From Promethearchaeota archaeon Loki_b31 (GTDB lineage: Archaea; Asgardarchaeota; Lokiarchaeia; Sigyniarchaeales; SOKP01), in NCBI GenBank assembly GCA_005222975.1, contig NJBI01000005.1:1-64000 (forward strand): a stretch of DNA of 64,000 nt, given 5' to 3'. Below the pieces are notes generated by a model. The model worked only from the letters and a program-made list of their open reading frames with translations. It did not search any database and was not told where the DNA came from. The position numbers and the translations under genes are program-made. Positions 19,128 to 29,441 of this stretch are shown piece by piece (the stretch's first letter is position 1; every line of letters begins with the position of its first letter).

Positions 19128-20372
19128 ATGGAAAAAGAAAAGAATGTTAAGTATATAGAAGGAAAAGGTATAACTCTGATTACAACGGTGGCAAATCAAA
19201 AAAAACTTGATAGATACAAGGATTTAGAATATTATAAGGATATTTTATATCAATGTGGAAAATGCGGTACTTGCCGAACAACATATCAAGAAGAATTTTG
19301 GTCTCGTGTTTGTCCTTCAGGAGAGTTTGGACAGTTTGAAGCTTTTTATCTTGGAGGGAAGAATCTTCTTAGTTGGGGTGTATCATCTGGAAAGGTTAAA
19401 TGGTCAGCGAATCTTTCTAAAATATTGTATCAATGTTCAGTATGCTTGGCATGTACGCAACAATGCCAAATACCAGAAATTCACCATTATGCTGGAGAAT
19501 GGTTAATGGCCATGAGAGAGCAGGCTGTTAAACTAGGTTTAGGACCTATGCCAGAACATTCTAGATATACGGATCATATCCTAATGGAAAATAATCCTTA
19601 TATGGAAGAACATAACAAAAGATTGAATTGGTTACCCCCTCATTTGAATCAATCGTCCAACGCAAAAATTGCATATTTTGTTGGGTGTACTTCAAGTTAT
19701 CGAGAGCAAAATGTCGCGATTGCAACAGCGGAGATATTAAATGCCCTAAAAATTGAATTCAAAATTCTGAAAGATGAACACTGTTGTGGTTCTCCAGTAT
19801 ACATGACGGGTCAAACTAATAAAGCTAAAAACATTGCTGAGACAAATATGAAGATTTTTAATGACGCTGGAATTGAGAAAATTATTACTTCTTGCGCTGG
19901 ATGTTATCGAATGTTAAAAGAAACATATCCAAATAAGTTTTGTATTAAGCATGAAATTGAAGTAATGCATTTACCAGAATTCTTATTAGAGAAATTTAAT
20001 AAAGGAGAAATAAAATTTAATAAGAATCTTAATATGATGGTGACTTACCACGATCCTTGCCATATCGGACGACATATGGGAATTTATGACCAACCAAGAA
20101 TGCTTTTAAAAAAAATACCGGGTATTAAATTAGTGGAAATGAATCGAAATAGAGAAAACGCTTGGTGTTGTGGTTCTGGTGGAGGGGTTAGATCAGCATT
20201 TAAAGATTTATCTGAGTTTGCAGCAAAAGAACGTATTGAGGAAGCAAAAACTACTTCTGCAGATGCAATAGTCTCATCTTGTCCTTTCTGTTTAAATCAG
20301 TTTAAGTCTAATATCAAAAATGAAGAAATTAAAGCTTTAGATATCGCTGAATTGGTTAGAAAAGTTCTATAG
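19128..20372 (+). CDS. Fe-S oxidoreductase, GlpC/GlcF/HdrD-like, paralog 2
   Basis: CGKCGTC, CSVCLACTQQC, HCCGSP, YHDPCH and CCGSGGG motifs. Confidence 0.9.
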   Translation: MEKEKNVKYIEGKGITLITTVANQKKLDRYKDLEYYKDILYQCGKCGTCRTTYQEEFWSRVCPSGEFGQFEAFYLGGKNLLSWGVSSGKVKWSANLSKILYQCSVCLACTQQCQIPEIHHYAGEWLMAMREQAVKLGLGPMPEHSRYTDHILMENNPYMEEHNKRLNWLPPHLNQSSNAKIAYFVGCTSSYREQNVAIATAEILNALKIEFKILKDEHCCGSPVYMTGQTNKAKNIAETNMKIFNDAGIEKIITSCAGCYRMLKETYPNKFCIKHEIEVMHLPEFLLEKFNKGEIKFNKNLNMMVTYHDPCHIGRHMGIYDQPRMLLKKIPGIKLVEMNRNRENAWCCGSGGGVRSAFKDLSEFAAKERIEEAKTTSADAIVSSCPFCLNQFKSNIKNEEIKALDIAELVRKVL

Positions 20373-20490
20373 TAGTTTAAATTCATTATCTTTTTTTATT
20401 ACTTTATTTTACTAACTTTAAATCAATAGAATAAGTTTGAATAAGAATGAAATTAGTAAATTAAAAAATAAAGAAGGTTAATAATACTTA

Positions 20491-21258
20491 ATGCAAAACA
20501 AAATTATTATAGAAAAGATAAGAGATTTCTTAGAAAGGGAACGAAAGCACGGAAAGCTCTTGGTCTTTTATCGTTCAGACTCGAATCACACTGCTATTTT
20601 AGATAATTTTGGGATTAAAGTTGAATTGAATAAATTTAAAGAAATCATCCTTGAAGAAGAGACGGGTATAGAACTTGGTGGGATGAAAAAAAAATCCTTC
20701 TCAATAATATTTCCAATTGAAGATGCCCAACTAATCGATACTGGAAAAATAAGTTTATTAGGTCCAGAAATTGATAAATGTTTGGATAAAAATATAGATT
20801 TTGGGATGATGATTTTAATTGGAGTCGAGAACAGCACAGAGAAGGATATAAATGAGTTAAGGCAATTGAGTTTTATCTCTAATGGCATGGAAGGGTTTTC
20901 CATTCGAACTATTCCTCGCAGGTTTTGGTGTAGATTAAGTACATCAACCTTGCAGAAAGGATTTTCATTCGAATTTTTAGGAAATGCTATTATTTCTCTA
21001 TACAAACAAAAATTTAAAGGTTTAGTTAAAACTATAGAAGTTATATTAATCAGTTCATATCCCGATTCTATTAAAAATTTCATTACGCTATCGTCAGAAA
21101 TTACAGATAGGTTTAAAGAAAAATGGAGAAAAAAAATAGAAGAATGGAAAAAGAGGATTGATTGCGATTACGATTGGGGTTGTGAAATATGCCCTTATCA
21201 AGAAGAATGTTTAGATATTAAGCAAGTATTAGTTTTAAGAGAGGAGATTGAGAAATAA
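20491..21258 (+). CDS. Small acetyl-CoA synthase beta-subunit-like (CdhC-related) protein with C-terminal Cys cluster
   Basis: ELGG...SFS, GKISLLGPEID, EGF...R.WCR.S...GFSFEFLG resemble the ACS-beta N-terminal part. C-terminal CDYDWGCEICPYQEEC; next to CooC. Confidence 0.6.
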   Translation: MQNKIIIEKIRDFLERERKHGKLLVFYRSDSNHTAILDNFGIKVELNKFKEIILEEETGIELGGMKKKSFSIIFPIEDAQLIDTGKISLLGPEIDKCLDKNIDFGMMILIGVENSTEKDINELRQLSFISNGMEGFSIRTIPRRFWCRLSTSTLQKGFSFEFLGNAIISLYKQKFKGLVKTIEVILISSYPDSIKNFITLSSEITDRFKEKWRKKIEEWKKRIDCDYDWGCEICPYQEECLDIKQVLVLREEIEK

Positions 21259-21281
21259 ACGGATAAATTGAGGTGTATTAA

Positions 21282-22058
21282 ATGAAAAACCAGAGAAAAA
21301 AGCCACTTATAGTTGCTATTGTCGGAAAAGGAGGGGTTGGAAAAACAATTGTAACAACTCTTATTGCTAAAGCAATTTCAATCTCTTATAATTTCAAATT
21401 ATTACTGATTGATGCAGACCCTACTCATCCGCATCTTAGTAAAATGGTTAATTTACTTCCTGAGAAAAGTCTCGAGATGGTTAGAGCCGAATTAATTGAT
21501 AAAACAATAAATAAAAAAAAAGATATCCAAACGCTAGCAGAGAACATAGATTTTGAGGTTTATAGCGCTATTAAGGAAAGTAAAGATTTTAGTCTGTTTT
21601 CAATTGGTCAGCCCGAAGGTCCAGGTTGTTTCTGTCCCTCGAATGCTCTACTACGAAAAGTTATAGAATCAATTTCTAGTGATTTTGACATCGTTTTGAT
21701 AGATTGTGAAGCGGGACTTGAACAAATTAACCGAATGGTAATTAAATCTGTTGATATTATCTTAATTATTTCAGATATATCTCTAAGGAGTATAGAAACT
21801 GCTAAATCAATTAAAAAAAGCGCTAAAAAATTTACAAACTATAGAAAAATAGGCGTTATAATAAATAGAGTTAAAGGTGATATTACTAATATTCTGGATA
21901 AGCTTAGAGAATACGATTTACCTTTAATTGCATTAATTCCTGAAGATGAAATTCTAACTAAATTTGATTTAGAAGGTAAGGCTATAATTGATGTTCCAGA
22001 AGATTCTAAAAGTTTTCAAAAAATAACAAATAATATAGAAAAAATACTAGAAATCTGA
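21282..22058 (+). CDS. cooC: CooC/AcsF nickel-insertion ATPase
   Basis: Deviant Walker A GKGGVGKT, IDADP, GPGCFCP, DCEAGLE. Confidence 0.88.
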   Translation: MKNQRKKPLIVAIVGKGGVGKTIVTTLIAKAISISYNFKLLLIDADPTHPHLSKMVNLLPEKSLEMVRAELIDKTINKKKDIQTLAENIDFEVYSAIKESKDFSLFSIGQPEGPGCFCPSNALLRKVIESISSDFDIVLIDCEAGLEQINRMVIKSVDIILIISDISLRSIETAKSIKKSAKKFTNYRKIGVIINRVKGDITNILDKLREYDLPLIALIPEDEILTKFDLEGKAIIDVPEDSKSFQKITNNIEKILEI

Positions 22059-22269
22059 ACATTGAATTAAATATTCTTTTCAAGTTAAATCTATAATTTT
22101 AAGCCTAATAATAACACCAATCTGACAGTTTTCTCTTAATTTACTATTTATAAAAGTTTAAATATAAAAATTTAGATTGAAGAATCAAGAAAGAATGTCT
22201 TATTTTTAACTGAAACTAAAAAAAATACAGTATAATTATAGATCCTTAATTGTATAGCATTCTGGGTTA

Positions 22270-23859
22270 ATGAAAATGTTGCGACAAATATATATCTTAA
22301 AGGATGGGAATATAATATACGAGAAAGACTTTGGTAAAGTCTTGTCTTCTGAAAATTTTCAAAGTATTTATCAAGAAGTTGAGGCAGAGATATCTCGTGG
22401 TCTTTTAAACGATTTTGGAAGCTCTAATTTTTTTAAACATAGAATTATATATACCGTAGACAGAGCTTTAAAATTAATCTTTATATTCATAATTGGATTC
22501 AATGATGATATGGAAACTGTAAAACTAGAATTAAATAAATTAAAGAATGATTTTTTAGAATCATTTGGTGATATTCTCGACAATTTAGATCCATCGCTCT
22601 TCGAAATATTTAACCCATTAATAGAATCAATTCATAAAAACATAAAAACTAAAATCTCGTTGGTAGGATTTTCTGGAGTAGGGAAAACAACAATTACTAA
22701 ATTAATACGTAATGAAGAGGTTCCCGAAACGCACATTCCTACAATAACAGGTAAAGTTTCCACTATTAAAATTGGAAAGTTAACCTTCCATTTATGGGAT
22801 TTTGCTGGTCAAGAACAATTTAGCTATTTATGGAACGATTTTATCCTGGGGAGCGATGCTGTCCTCTTAATTACAAACTCAACTTTAGAAAATGTAGAGA
22901 AAAGCAAATACTTCGTTGAATTAATAAAAGAACAGACACCAAACGCGCATTCCGCTGCAATTGCAAATAAGCAAGACTTAGATGGGGCGTTAAGCGTTGA
23001 AAAGATCGAAGAAATACTCGGAATCAAGACATATTCGATGGTTGCAATTGAACCCAATAATCGAGATAAAATGGTCCAAATCGTTGCAGATATCTTAGAA
23101 ATGAATATGGAAGAATCAACGCTATTGAAACCTTTATTTGAAAGAGATCAATTAATTCAATTAGCTAAAAAAAGCTTAGAAAACGGAGATATTGCTGAAA
23201 GTGCGAGTTATTTTGATAAAATCGCAGACTTATGTCTTGAATTGGGAGATGATGCTCTTTATAAAGAATTTTACCTAAAATCTGAAAAATTAAAACGATA
23301 TCTACCCGATATAACAAATCTTCAAGAATATCAAAACAATACCGATCTAAACGACTCTGACTCCGATGACGATGGACTGACTGATGGACAAGAAGTTAAT
23401 GCTTACTTTACTGATCCAAATGACCCCGATAGTGACAATGATGGAATGCCAGACGGATGGGAAGTAAATAACAGCTTAAACCCTAATGTTGACGACTCTG
23501 CAAACGACCCTGGTGGTGATAGGTTAACAAATCTTCAAGAATATCAAAATGATACCGATCCAAACGACTCTGACTCCGATGACGATGGACTGACTGATGG
23601 ACAAGAAGTTAATGCTTCCTTTACTGATCCGAATGACCCCGATAGTGACGATGTTGGAATGTCAGACGGATGGGAAGTAAATAACAGCTTAAACCCTAAT
23701 GTTGACGACTCTACAAATGACCCTGGTGGTGATAGGTTAACAAATCTTCAAGAATATCAAAATGATACCGATCCAAACGACTCTGACTCCGATGACGATG
23801 AACTGACTGATGGACAAGAAGTTAATGATTACTCTACTGATCCGAATGACTCTGGTTAA
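22270..23859 (+). CDS. Longin-like domain + Arf/Rab-like small GTPase + helical domain + thrombospondin-type-3-like Ca-binding repeat tail
   Basis: G1 GFSGVGKT, G2 PTI, G3 DFAGQ, G4 NKQD. N-terminal beta-beta-alpha pattern (IYILKDGNIIYEKDF); DxDxDG repeats at the C-terminus. Confidence 0.85.
   Translation: MKMLRQIYILKDGNIIYEKDFGKVLSSENFQSIYQEVEAEISRGLLNDFGSSNFFKHRIIYTVDRALKLIFIFIIGFNDDMETVKLELNKLKNDFLESFGDILDNLDPSLFEIFNPLIESIHKNIKTKISLVGFSGVGKTTITKLIRNEEVPETHIPTITGKVSTIKIGKLTFHLWDFAGQEQFSYLWNDFILGSDAVLLITNSTLENVEKSKYFVELIKEQTPNAHSAAIANKQDLDGALSVEKIEEILGIKTYSMVAIEPNNRDKMVQIVADILEMNMEESTLLKPLFERDQLIQLAKKSLENGDIAESASYFDKIADLCLELGDDALYKEFYLKSEKLKRYLPDITNLQEYQNNTDLNDSDSDDDGLTDGQEVNAYFTDPNDPDSDNDGMPDGWEVNNSLNPNVDDSANDPGGDRLTNLQEYQNDTDPNDSDSDDDGLTDGQEVNASFTDPNDPDSDDVGMSDGWEVNNSLNPNVDDSTNDPGGDRLTNLQEYQNDTDPNDSDSDDDELTDGQEVNDYSTDPNDSG
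23314..23856 (+). repeat. Intragenic tandem repeat, 213-bp (71-aa) unit, about 2.5 copies
   Basis: ACAAATCTTCAAGAATATCAAAA recurs at 23314, 23527 and 23740; the units are near-identical. Confidence 0.95.
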
Positions 23860-23955
23860 TACGAATGATGAGTAAATAAAAATCGTAAAATGATTTAGTT
23901 TTAATTATAAAACTTAATGTTCAAAAAATTAAAATAAAAAAAAATAAAAAATAAT

Positions 23956-25059
23956 TTATTCTTTAGATTTTGTTTTAAGCTTGTAAGGACGATATGCATC
24001 TTCAAGCACATTTAGATACTCAATTAAAACCGGCTCTGATTTTGATTTCACGTCGTATTGATGTAGTATCGTACTTAACATATATCTAGGATATACAAGG
24101 GAAATATGTAAGTCAGAAAGCAATGCATAATATTCAGTTCCATTTTCTCTTTGGAATACGTGTAAAATTTTATTATCCCATAACTTCTTAATTCCGCCGT
24201 CTATATCATCTACTCCTTTTTTTCTAAGTTTTTCCAAAGTATTCCTAGTTACTATTGCGATTCTCATTAATTTTAGTATCTCATATAACTGTGGATCAGT
24301 GAGAATATCTACTAATTTCAAATTGTCATCTTCAGAAGGTCGGTAATTTTGAAAGAATCTTCTAACTTCAGAGTTGTACGCTTCGACTAAAGGTTCAGGA
24401 AGTCCTCGCCCTACAGGATCGCTCAATATTTTGAGAGGTGGTCTTCTAATCATGAATATGTCGTTTATGAAAAATAGTAGCTCAGAAGGCATTCCTTTTA
24501 CAGAAGCTTCTTTTACGATATCTTTTTTGATCAGTTCAATTAAGATCGCATCAATATCAAAAAAGCCTCTACGGTATTTATCTTTTAACCACACTTTTAG
24601 TTCTGATTTGGAAACGACTCCTTCGTCTCTTAATCTGTTTATGAGTAATCTATTTATTTCATCTTGAAAAGTTAAAGCGAGAGCTTGTTCATTGTTTAGA
24701 TGAGGGTAAGCAGACAAACGTTGGAACAAAAAGGGAATCATTTCGAGATATGCTCGATTTTCAAAATTCTGAAGGATTATCCGTGATATATCCGCCAATC
24801 CGCCTTCGTAAAGGTCTGGGTCGTCGTCCAAGTTTAAAATTAAAATGAGATATAACGGTCTTTCACCTCCAGTATAGTATGACGCAATATTCAAATGACC
24901 CACCATTAAGCTTATCATTCCGGGGTCTCCCGTATATTCATGAGCGGCATAGATTTGCATTAAGGTCTCATCCGATATGATAATTTCTTCGGGGTACTTT
25001 GTAATAATATCCGTACTTACTTTAGGGTCCCATCTCATTATGATAAATCCAATTGGCAT
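23956..25059 (-). CDS. uDENN/longin-like N-terminal domain protein with probable winged-helix C-terminal region
   Basis: IIMRWDPKVSTDIITKYP...IASYY...LILIL fits a longin/uDENN pattern. The C-terminal half has helix-helix-helix-beta patterns (ELIKKDIVKE, KLWDNKILHV). 1-nt overlap with the upstream surface protein. Confidence 0.6.
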   Translation of the reverse strand: MPIGFIIMRWDPKVSTDIITKYPEEIIISDETLMQIYAAHEYTGDPGMISLMVGHLNIASYYTGGERPLYLILILNLDDDPDLYEGGLADISRIILQNFENRAYLEMIPFLFQRLSAYPHLNNEQALALTFQDEINRLLINRLRDEGVVSKSELKVWLKDKYRRGFFDIDAILIELIKKDIVKEASVKGMPSELLFFINDIFMIRRPPLKILSDPVGRGLPEPLVEAYNSEVRRFFQNYRPSEDDNLKLVDILTDPQLYEILKLMRIAIVTRNTLEKLRKKGVDDIDGGIKKLWDNKILHVFQRENGTEYYALLSDLHISLVYPRYMLSTILHQYDVKSKSEPVLIEYLNVLEDAYRPYKLKTKSKE

Positions 25060-28000
25060 TAGTCTCTATCGCCTCCTTTTTTGGATTTTTTCCCTTTCAA
25101 TGGAATAGTCTTTAATTTCAAATCACGCGTACCTAATGTATCTTCAAGGGAAAGGTCTAAAGCTTTCCAATCTTCTCCGAATAATTTCAGCATCATTTGT
25201 TCCTTTGTTTTGATTGCATAAGATTCAGATATAGTTTTTTTTGATTTTATCGTACTTTTAACTTTCCTGATTTTTTTGACGAACTTTGGAATTCTCGCCT
25301 GCTGAATAACCCTATAAGTTATTAAACTTCCAGCAATGCCAACAATAGCGGCAGTAATTAAGATAAAGTAAAACACGGGCATGCCAGGAAATAGTTCTTC
25401 CATTTGTATGTTAATGACTATTCTAATTTCTTGAGATGTGAAATTTACTATTTGAACTCTTATTATTCCAGACAAGAGATTTGGTGCGAAAAAGGCTTCA
25501 ATTACTTCGGTTTCGAAAGTCAATGAATATATGCCAGGAGAAGTTTCGTTAAAATTGTATTCAGATCCTCCAATACTAAGGGTTACCGTAGCGTTTTCTA
25601 ACGGAATATTTCCTCTGGTTATATCTTGTAAATTTATTTCAAAACTTACGCTATCTCCATGAATTACATTAACTTGGTTTCCCACTAAATTTTCTACGCT
25701 TATCTCAACCTCAAATTCTCTTAAAACCATCTCTAAATTAATAAGGGCTGATTTTGTCTCATAGTTTTCTTTTTGTAATGTAACATATAAATAGTAAAAA
25801 CCGACTTGTTGATGTTCTGTGTTAAAGTCTAAAGTATAAGTTTTATCTTCGCCTTGTATTAGCGTTCCTGAACCGTCTCTACCTGGAATAATACCTCCAC
25901 TTTCATTTAATTCTTGCCAGATGTAAGTAGCAATTGTCAAATCCCCTAATATTTCCAGCGTATTAGCATCGCTATAAGTAAATATGAAATTGTGAGCATC
26001 CTGAACCCATACTTTTGGGTTTAGATATACTAATTCGCTTTGTCCGTTAAGATCAGTTTTTCTCTCAAGTATAGTAAGGTAAATCAAGAAATTAGATTGC
26101 GTAGTATAATTTTCAAATGAAGCTATAACATTAATAATTTTAAGTCCCGTACTTTGAGCATCTGAAGTGTTAATTGTAAATGTATAATACAAGTTATTTA
26201 AAGGGTCTGTAAATACATTAATAGGGTTAAGACCCATCCAAGTATAAGTTAAAGTAGCACCCATTAATGGGGTACCTGTTTCATCTATGAAATATTGTAA
26301 TGAAATATTTACAAGTTCATTGTAATATGCAGAAATAGACTGATCCAATATCTCTATACGCGTATCATAATCATGGACGCTGATATCTGTAGGTATGGTT
26401 TTCACCTTAACTATGAAATTCACCGAATTAGGTTCTGGATATCCAGGATATAAACCTTCTATTACCACGTAATATAATTTATAAGTACCTCCCGCAGATA
26501 ATCTATTAGAATTAATCGTTGCCGTAAAATTTCCAGGACCCGATCCTCCTCCCATAGTCTCAGTTATTAAATCGATCTCTGAGCCAATTTCTCTAAAATA
26601 TAATATACATGTCGCACTAGGATCAGTTATGGCATTCCATGTAATTCCGTTGTCTAGAGTATAATTAAAGATTACAGAATAGGTTAAATCTTCGCCCCAA
26701 AACACTTCTAATGTCCCAGAAGAATTAAAGAATGCTGTGTCATAATTTGTAATGTTTATTTCTTGTTTGAAAATTATGTTGAATGTAATTGATGCGGCTC
26801 CCAATAAAGTATAGTTATAAAACTGTACGCCGTTATTATCTGTTGGTCTCCATTGAATATCAGGATATAAGTATGTTACATTGAAATCTGCGTTAGTTAT
26901 GTTAACAATATCAATTGAAAAATTATATACTCTATCTTTAAAAAACCAAAATGGAATATCATTTATTTGACCATAAGCATATCCATTTCTATCAGAATCA
27001 GATATTAGGTTAGTTATAGCCTCTCCGGTTTGATTGTCAAAAACTTTAACCACCGCATCTACTGGTGCTCCTTCTGGAGATAACTCATTTATATTTATAA
27101 CTCTAATATTTAATCTTGATAAATGTGTTTTATTTAAGACGTTGCAAGTCTCGAGTAAATCAATCGTAATAAGCCCATTACACGTAGTATCATTTACGCC
27201 GTTTATCTCAATAAATAGTCCATAAACCTCGAACTTTTCGCTTTCTAACTTTAAATTCTCCACCTTAGGAATGTCAATTTCTATAAAGTCATGATCCTCG
27301 TTAAAACCATAACCATCTTCGAAATATATTAGGTTTTCATCGCCAGTACCTGTTGAGTTGTATTTATCTATATAATAAATCGAAACATTCGTTAGTTGAT
27401 TGTTCATTCCCGTTAATGTGATGTTGGCTTTAATAATATTCTTATTTCCAAAATCGGTTCTCGATCCATCAGTGTAAACGATTTCTTGTACAAGGTATCG
27501 TTCTTCACTCAAGGGTGCTAAGTTTGTATCATCAACTAATAGAGCGTGAGTTTTACTTTTTACGTTTTCATATTCGTCCCTGGTAATGTATGATTCGTTT
27601 AGCAGAAATGGACTTTCGCTATAATCATCGTTTGCGTAAAAAACTCTGAAGTAATAATCTGAAGTATTAAGCCATCGAAATGTTGCTTTTCCATTATTTT
27701 CCAGCGTTAAGGTATCTAATAAAACACCACCATTACTTTCATTGATTTCAATGTATCCATAATTTAAAGGAATTCCTTCCCAATCTGTGACCTCAAAATC
27801 TATCGTCCATAAATTTAAGGTGAAATCAAAACTGTACGATGTTCCATTAAGGATTTTTACCATACTTCCTACAAATTCTTCACGAGAATCTAAAGTGTAA
27901 TTTGCTGTAATATTATATTCGCCATTAAGTAACCCTGAGAAGAATACGGAACCATTGAAAGCAGATGTATATGCTGAATCAACAATATAACTTGGTGTAC

Positions 28001-29441
28001 CTTTAGCAGATTCGTTTAATACAAAAATTTCGGCATTAGGCACAATACGACCATCAACATCTCTAGCTGTAATCGTTAACTCAGATTTACGAGCTTGTAC
28101 TTCGTGAACTGAAGCAGTTAAAGTATAATTAAATCCTAGATCGTCAACTTGGAAAAACGCTGATTTTTCTTTGTATGATGCATCTGATTCGTCACCCCAT
28201 ACCCCAATTTCGAAAAATAATTCTTTACCCATATAACTACTTAAATCAATGTAAATATAACCAGTTAGTTCTCCGTCGCTAGAACCTGATACCGTATCTA
28301 CCGTAGTAGAATGATCAGGAAAATCAAATAATTCAGTAGTATCATCCCACTTTCTCGCTGGAACATTATAGTATGCGTTTCCATCGTAAGATTCGGCGTA
28401 ATTCTGGTAAGTAGGGCTTATGTCGTTATCATCGTGGTTATCAGGGTCTGGATCGTAATGAGGACTCGACCCATTTAGAATTTTTATAAAGTAACCATCT
28501 TTATGGATCGTATCTGGATTTACGTTTTTAGGTCTTTCAAATCTAAACGTTCTGATGTTTCTATATACCTTTAAGAAAATTCCACCACCTTCAACTATTG
28601 GAACGGTAAATGGATGAGAAAAGAGGGTTCCAGCATAATCGTGAACAATTGGATCCTCTGAAAATTCGTAAGCAGCGCCCCATTTATAAGCATATGTTCC
28701 TTGTGCAACTCTTTCTGCTCCTGTCGGATTATCAAGCAACTTATTTTCAAAATATTCATAACTAGTTGCTGAACTATTGGATGGATCAGGACTTGGATTA
28801 TTTTTGCCCTTTATCGTGTCAACTGGATTATGCGAGAATGTCCACCCGTCAGGTACAAATTTAACACTAGTATCAATATCTAATTCAAAATCACCATTTT
28901 TAACCCATCCAAAACTATCGTTTGGGTCTTTAGATTCCGCATTGACAGCTCCTGTATTTCCGAAATACATATAAGCGTCGATTTCAAACGTATTTTGAGA
29001 AATATTGGTGTCAAAAAAGACTATTGCATAATTTAAAGAAGGGTAATCCTTTACTACATAATATTTCCGTAAAACACCGTTCTCTACGATTCTTATGTCA
29101 TCTAAATCTGGCTGCATCTTTCCTGCTTGTACTAATTCGTCATAATTGAAAGAGAAACTAACGCCAAAATTGGTAAAATTTAGAGCGTATGGGTTGGTTA
29201 TGTTTACCAAACACCTATATTCAAAAGATGAATCCCACCACGATGCTTCACCAAAAATGCTTAGTTTAGGCGTATCAAAAGTATCATAACCAATTTCAGT
29301 GTCGTCATAATAGTTAGGGAGCGAAGGATCTGGGGATTGTTTCGATGAGAACAATGCCGGATTTATATAGACGCTAGACACTAAGAAAATCGAAATTAAA
29401 AGCAATTGTTTAAAGTATTTTGTGTTTATCAATTCTATCAA
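25059..29441 (-). CDS. Large single-pass cell-surface glycoprotein (DUF2341-like domain, Ig-like/beta-sandwich repeats, C-terminal TM and basic cytoplasmic tail)
   Basis: Signal-like N-terminus; WWDSSFEYR...DDIRIV...YMYFGN (DUF2341-like); NGDFE; many N-x-S/T sequons; TM YFILITAAIVGIAGSLITY followed by a Lys-rich tail. Confidence 0.85.
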   Translation of the reverse strand: MIELINTKYFKQLLLISIFLVSSVYINPALFSSKQSPDPSLPNYYDDTEIGYDTFDTPKLSIFGEASWWDSSFEYRCLVNITNPYALNFTNFGVSFSFNYDELVQAGKMQPDLDDIRIVENGVLRKYYVVKDYPSLNYAIVFFDTNISQNTFEIDAYMYFGNTGAVNAESKDPNDSFGWVKNGDFELDIDTSVKFVPDGWTFSHNPVDTIKGKNNPSPDPSNSSATSYEYFENKLLDNPTGAERVAQGTYAYKWGAAYEFSEDPIVHDYAGTLFSHPFTVPIVEGGGIFLKVYRNIRTFRFERPKNVNPDTIHKDGYFIKILNGSSPHYDPDPDNHDDNDISPTYQNYAESYDGNAYYNVPARKWDDTTELFDFPDHSTTVDTVSGSSDGELTGYIYIDLSSYMGKELFFEIGVWGDESDASYKEKSAFFQVDDLGFNYTLTASVHEVQARKSELTITARDVDGRIVPNAEIFVLNESAKGTPSYIVDSAYTSAFNGSVFFSGLLNGEYNITANYTLDSREEFVGSMVKILNGTSYSFDFTLNLWTIDFEVTDWEGIPLNYGYIEINESNGGVLLDTLTLENNGKATFRWLNTSDYYFRVFYANDDYSESPFLLNESYITRDEYENVKSKTHALLVDDTNLAPLSEERYLVQEIVYTDGSRTDFGNKNIIKANITLTGMNNQLTNVSIYYIDKYNSTGTGDENLIYFEDGYGFNEDHDFIEIDIPKVENLKLESEKFEVYGLFIEINGVNDTTCNGLITIDLLETCNVLNKTHLSRLNIRVININELSPEGAPVDAVVKVFDNQTGEAITNLISDSDRNGYAYGQINDIPFWFFKDRVYNFSIDIVNITNADFNVTYLYPDIQWRPTDNNGVQFYNYTLLGAASITFNIIFKQEINITNYDTAFFNSSGTLEVFWGEDLTYSVIFNYTLDNGITWNAITDPSATCILYFREIGSEIDLITETMGGGSGPGNFTATINSNRLSAGGTYKLYYVVIEGLYPGYPEPNSVNFIVKVKTIPTDISVHDYDTRIEILDQSISAYYNELVNISLQYFIDETGTPLMGATLTYTWMGLNPINVFTDPLNNLYYTFTINTSDAQSTGLKIINVIASFENYTTQSNFLIYLTILERKTDLNGQSELVYLNPKVWVQDAHNFIFTYSDANTLEILGDLTIATYIWQELNESGGIIPGRDGSGTLIQGEDKTYTLDFNTEHQQVGFYYLYVTLQKENYETKSALINLEMVLREFEVEISVENLVGNQVNVIHGDSVSFEINLQDITRGNIPLENATVTLSIGGSEYNFNETSPGIYSLTFETEVIEAFFAPNLLSGIIRVQIVNFTSQEIRIVINIQMEELFPGMPVFYFILITAAIVGIAGSLITYRVIQQARIPKFVKKIRKVKSTIKSKKTISESYAIKTKEQMMLKLFGEDWKALDLSLEDTLGTRDLKLKTIPLKGKKSKKGGDRD

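Noticed and set aside
23314-23856. Repeat array as CRISPR or DGR template/variable repeats
   Set aside because: The units are contiguous 213-bp in-frame coding repeats with no spacers; no cas or reverse transcriptase gene is in the window.
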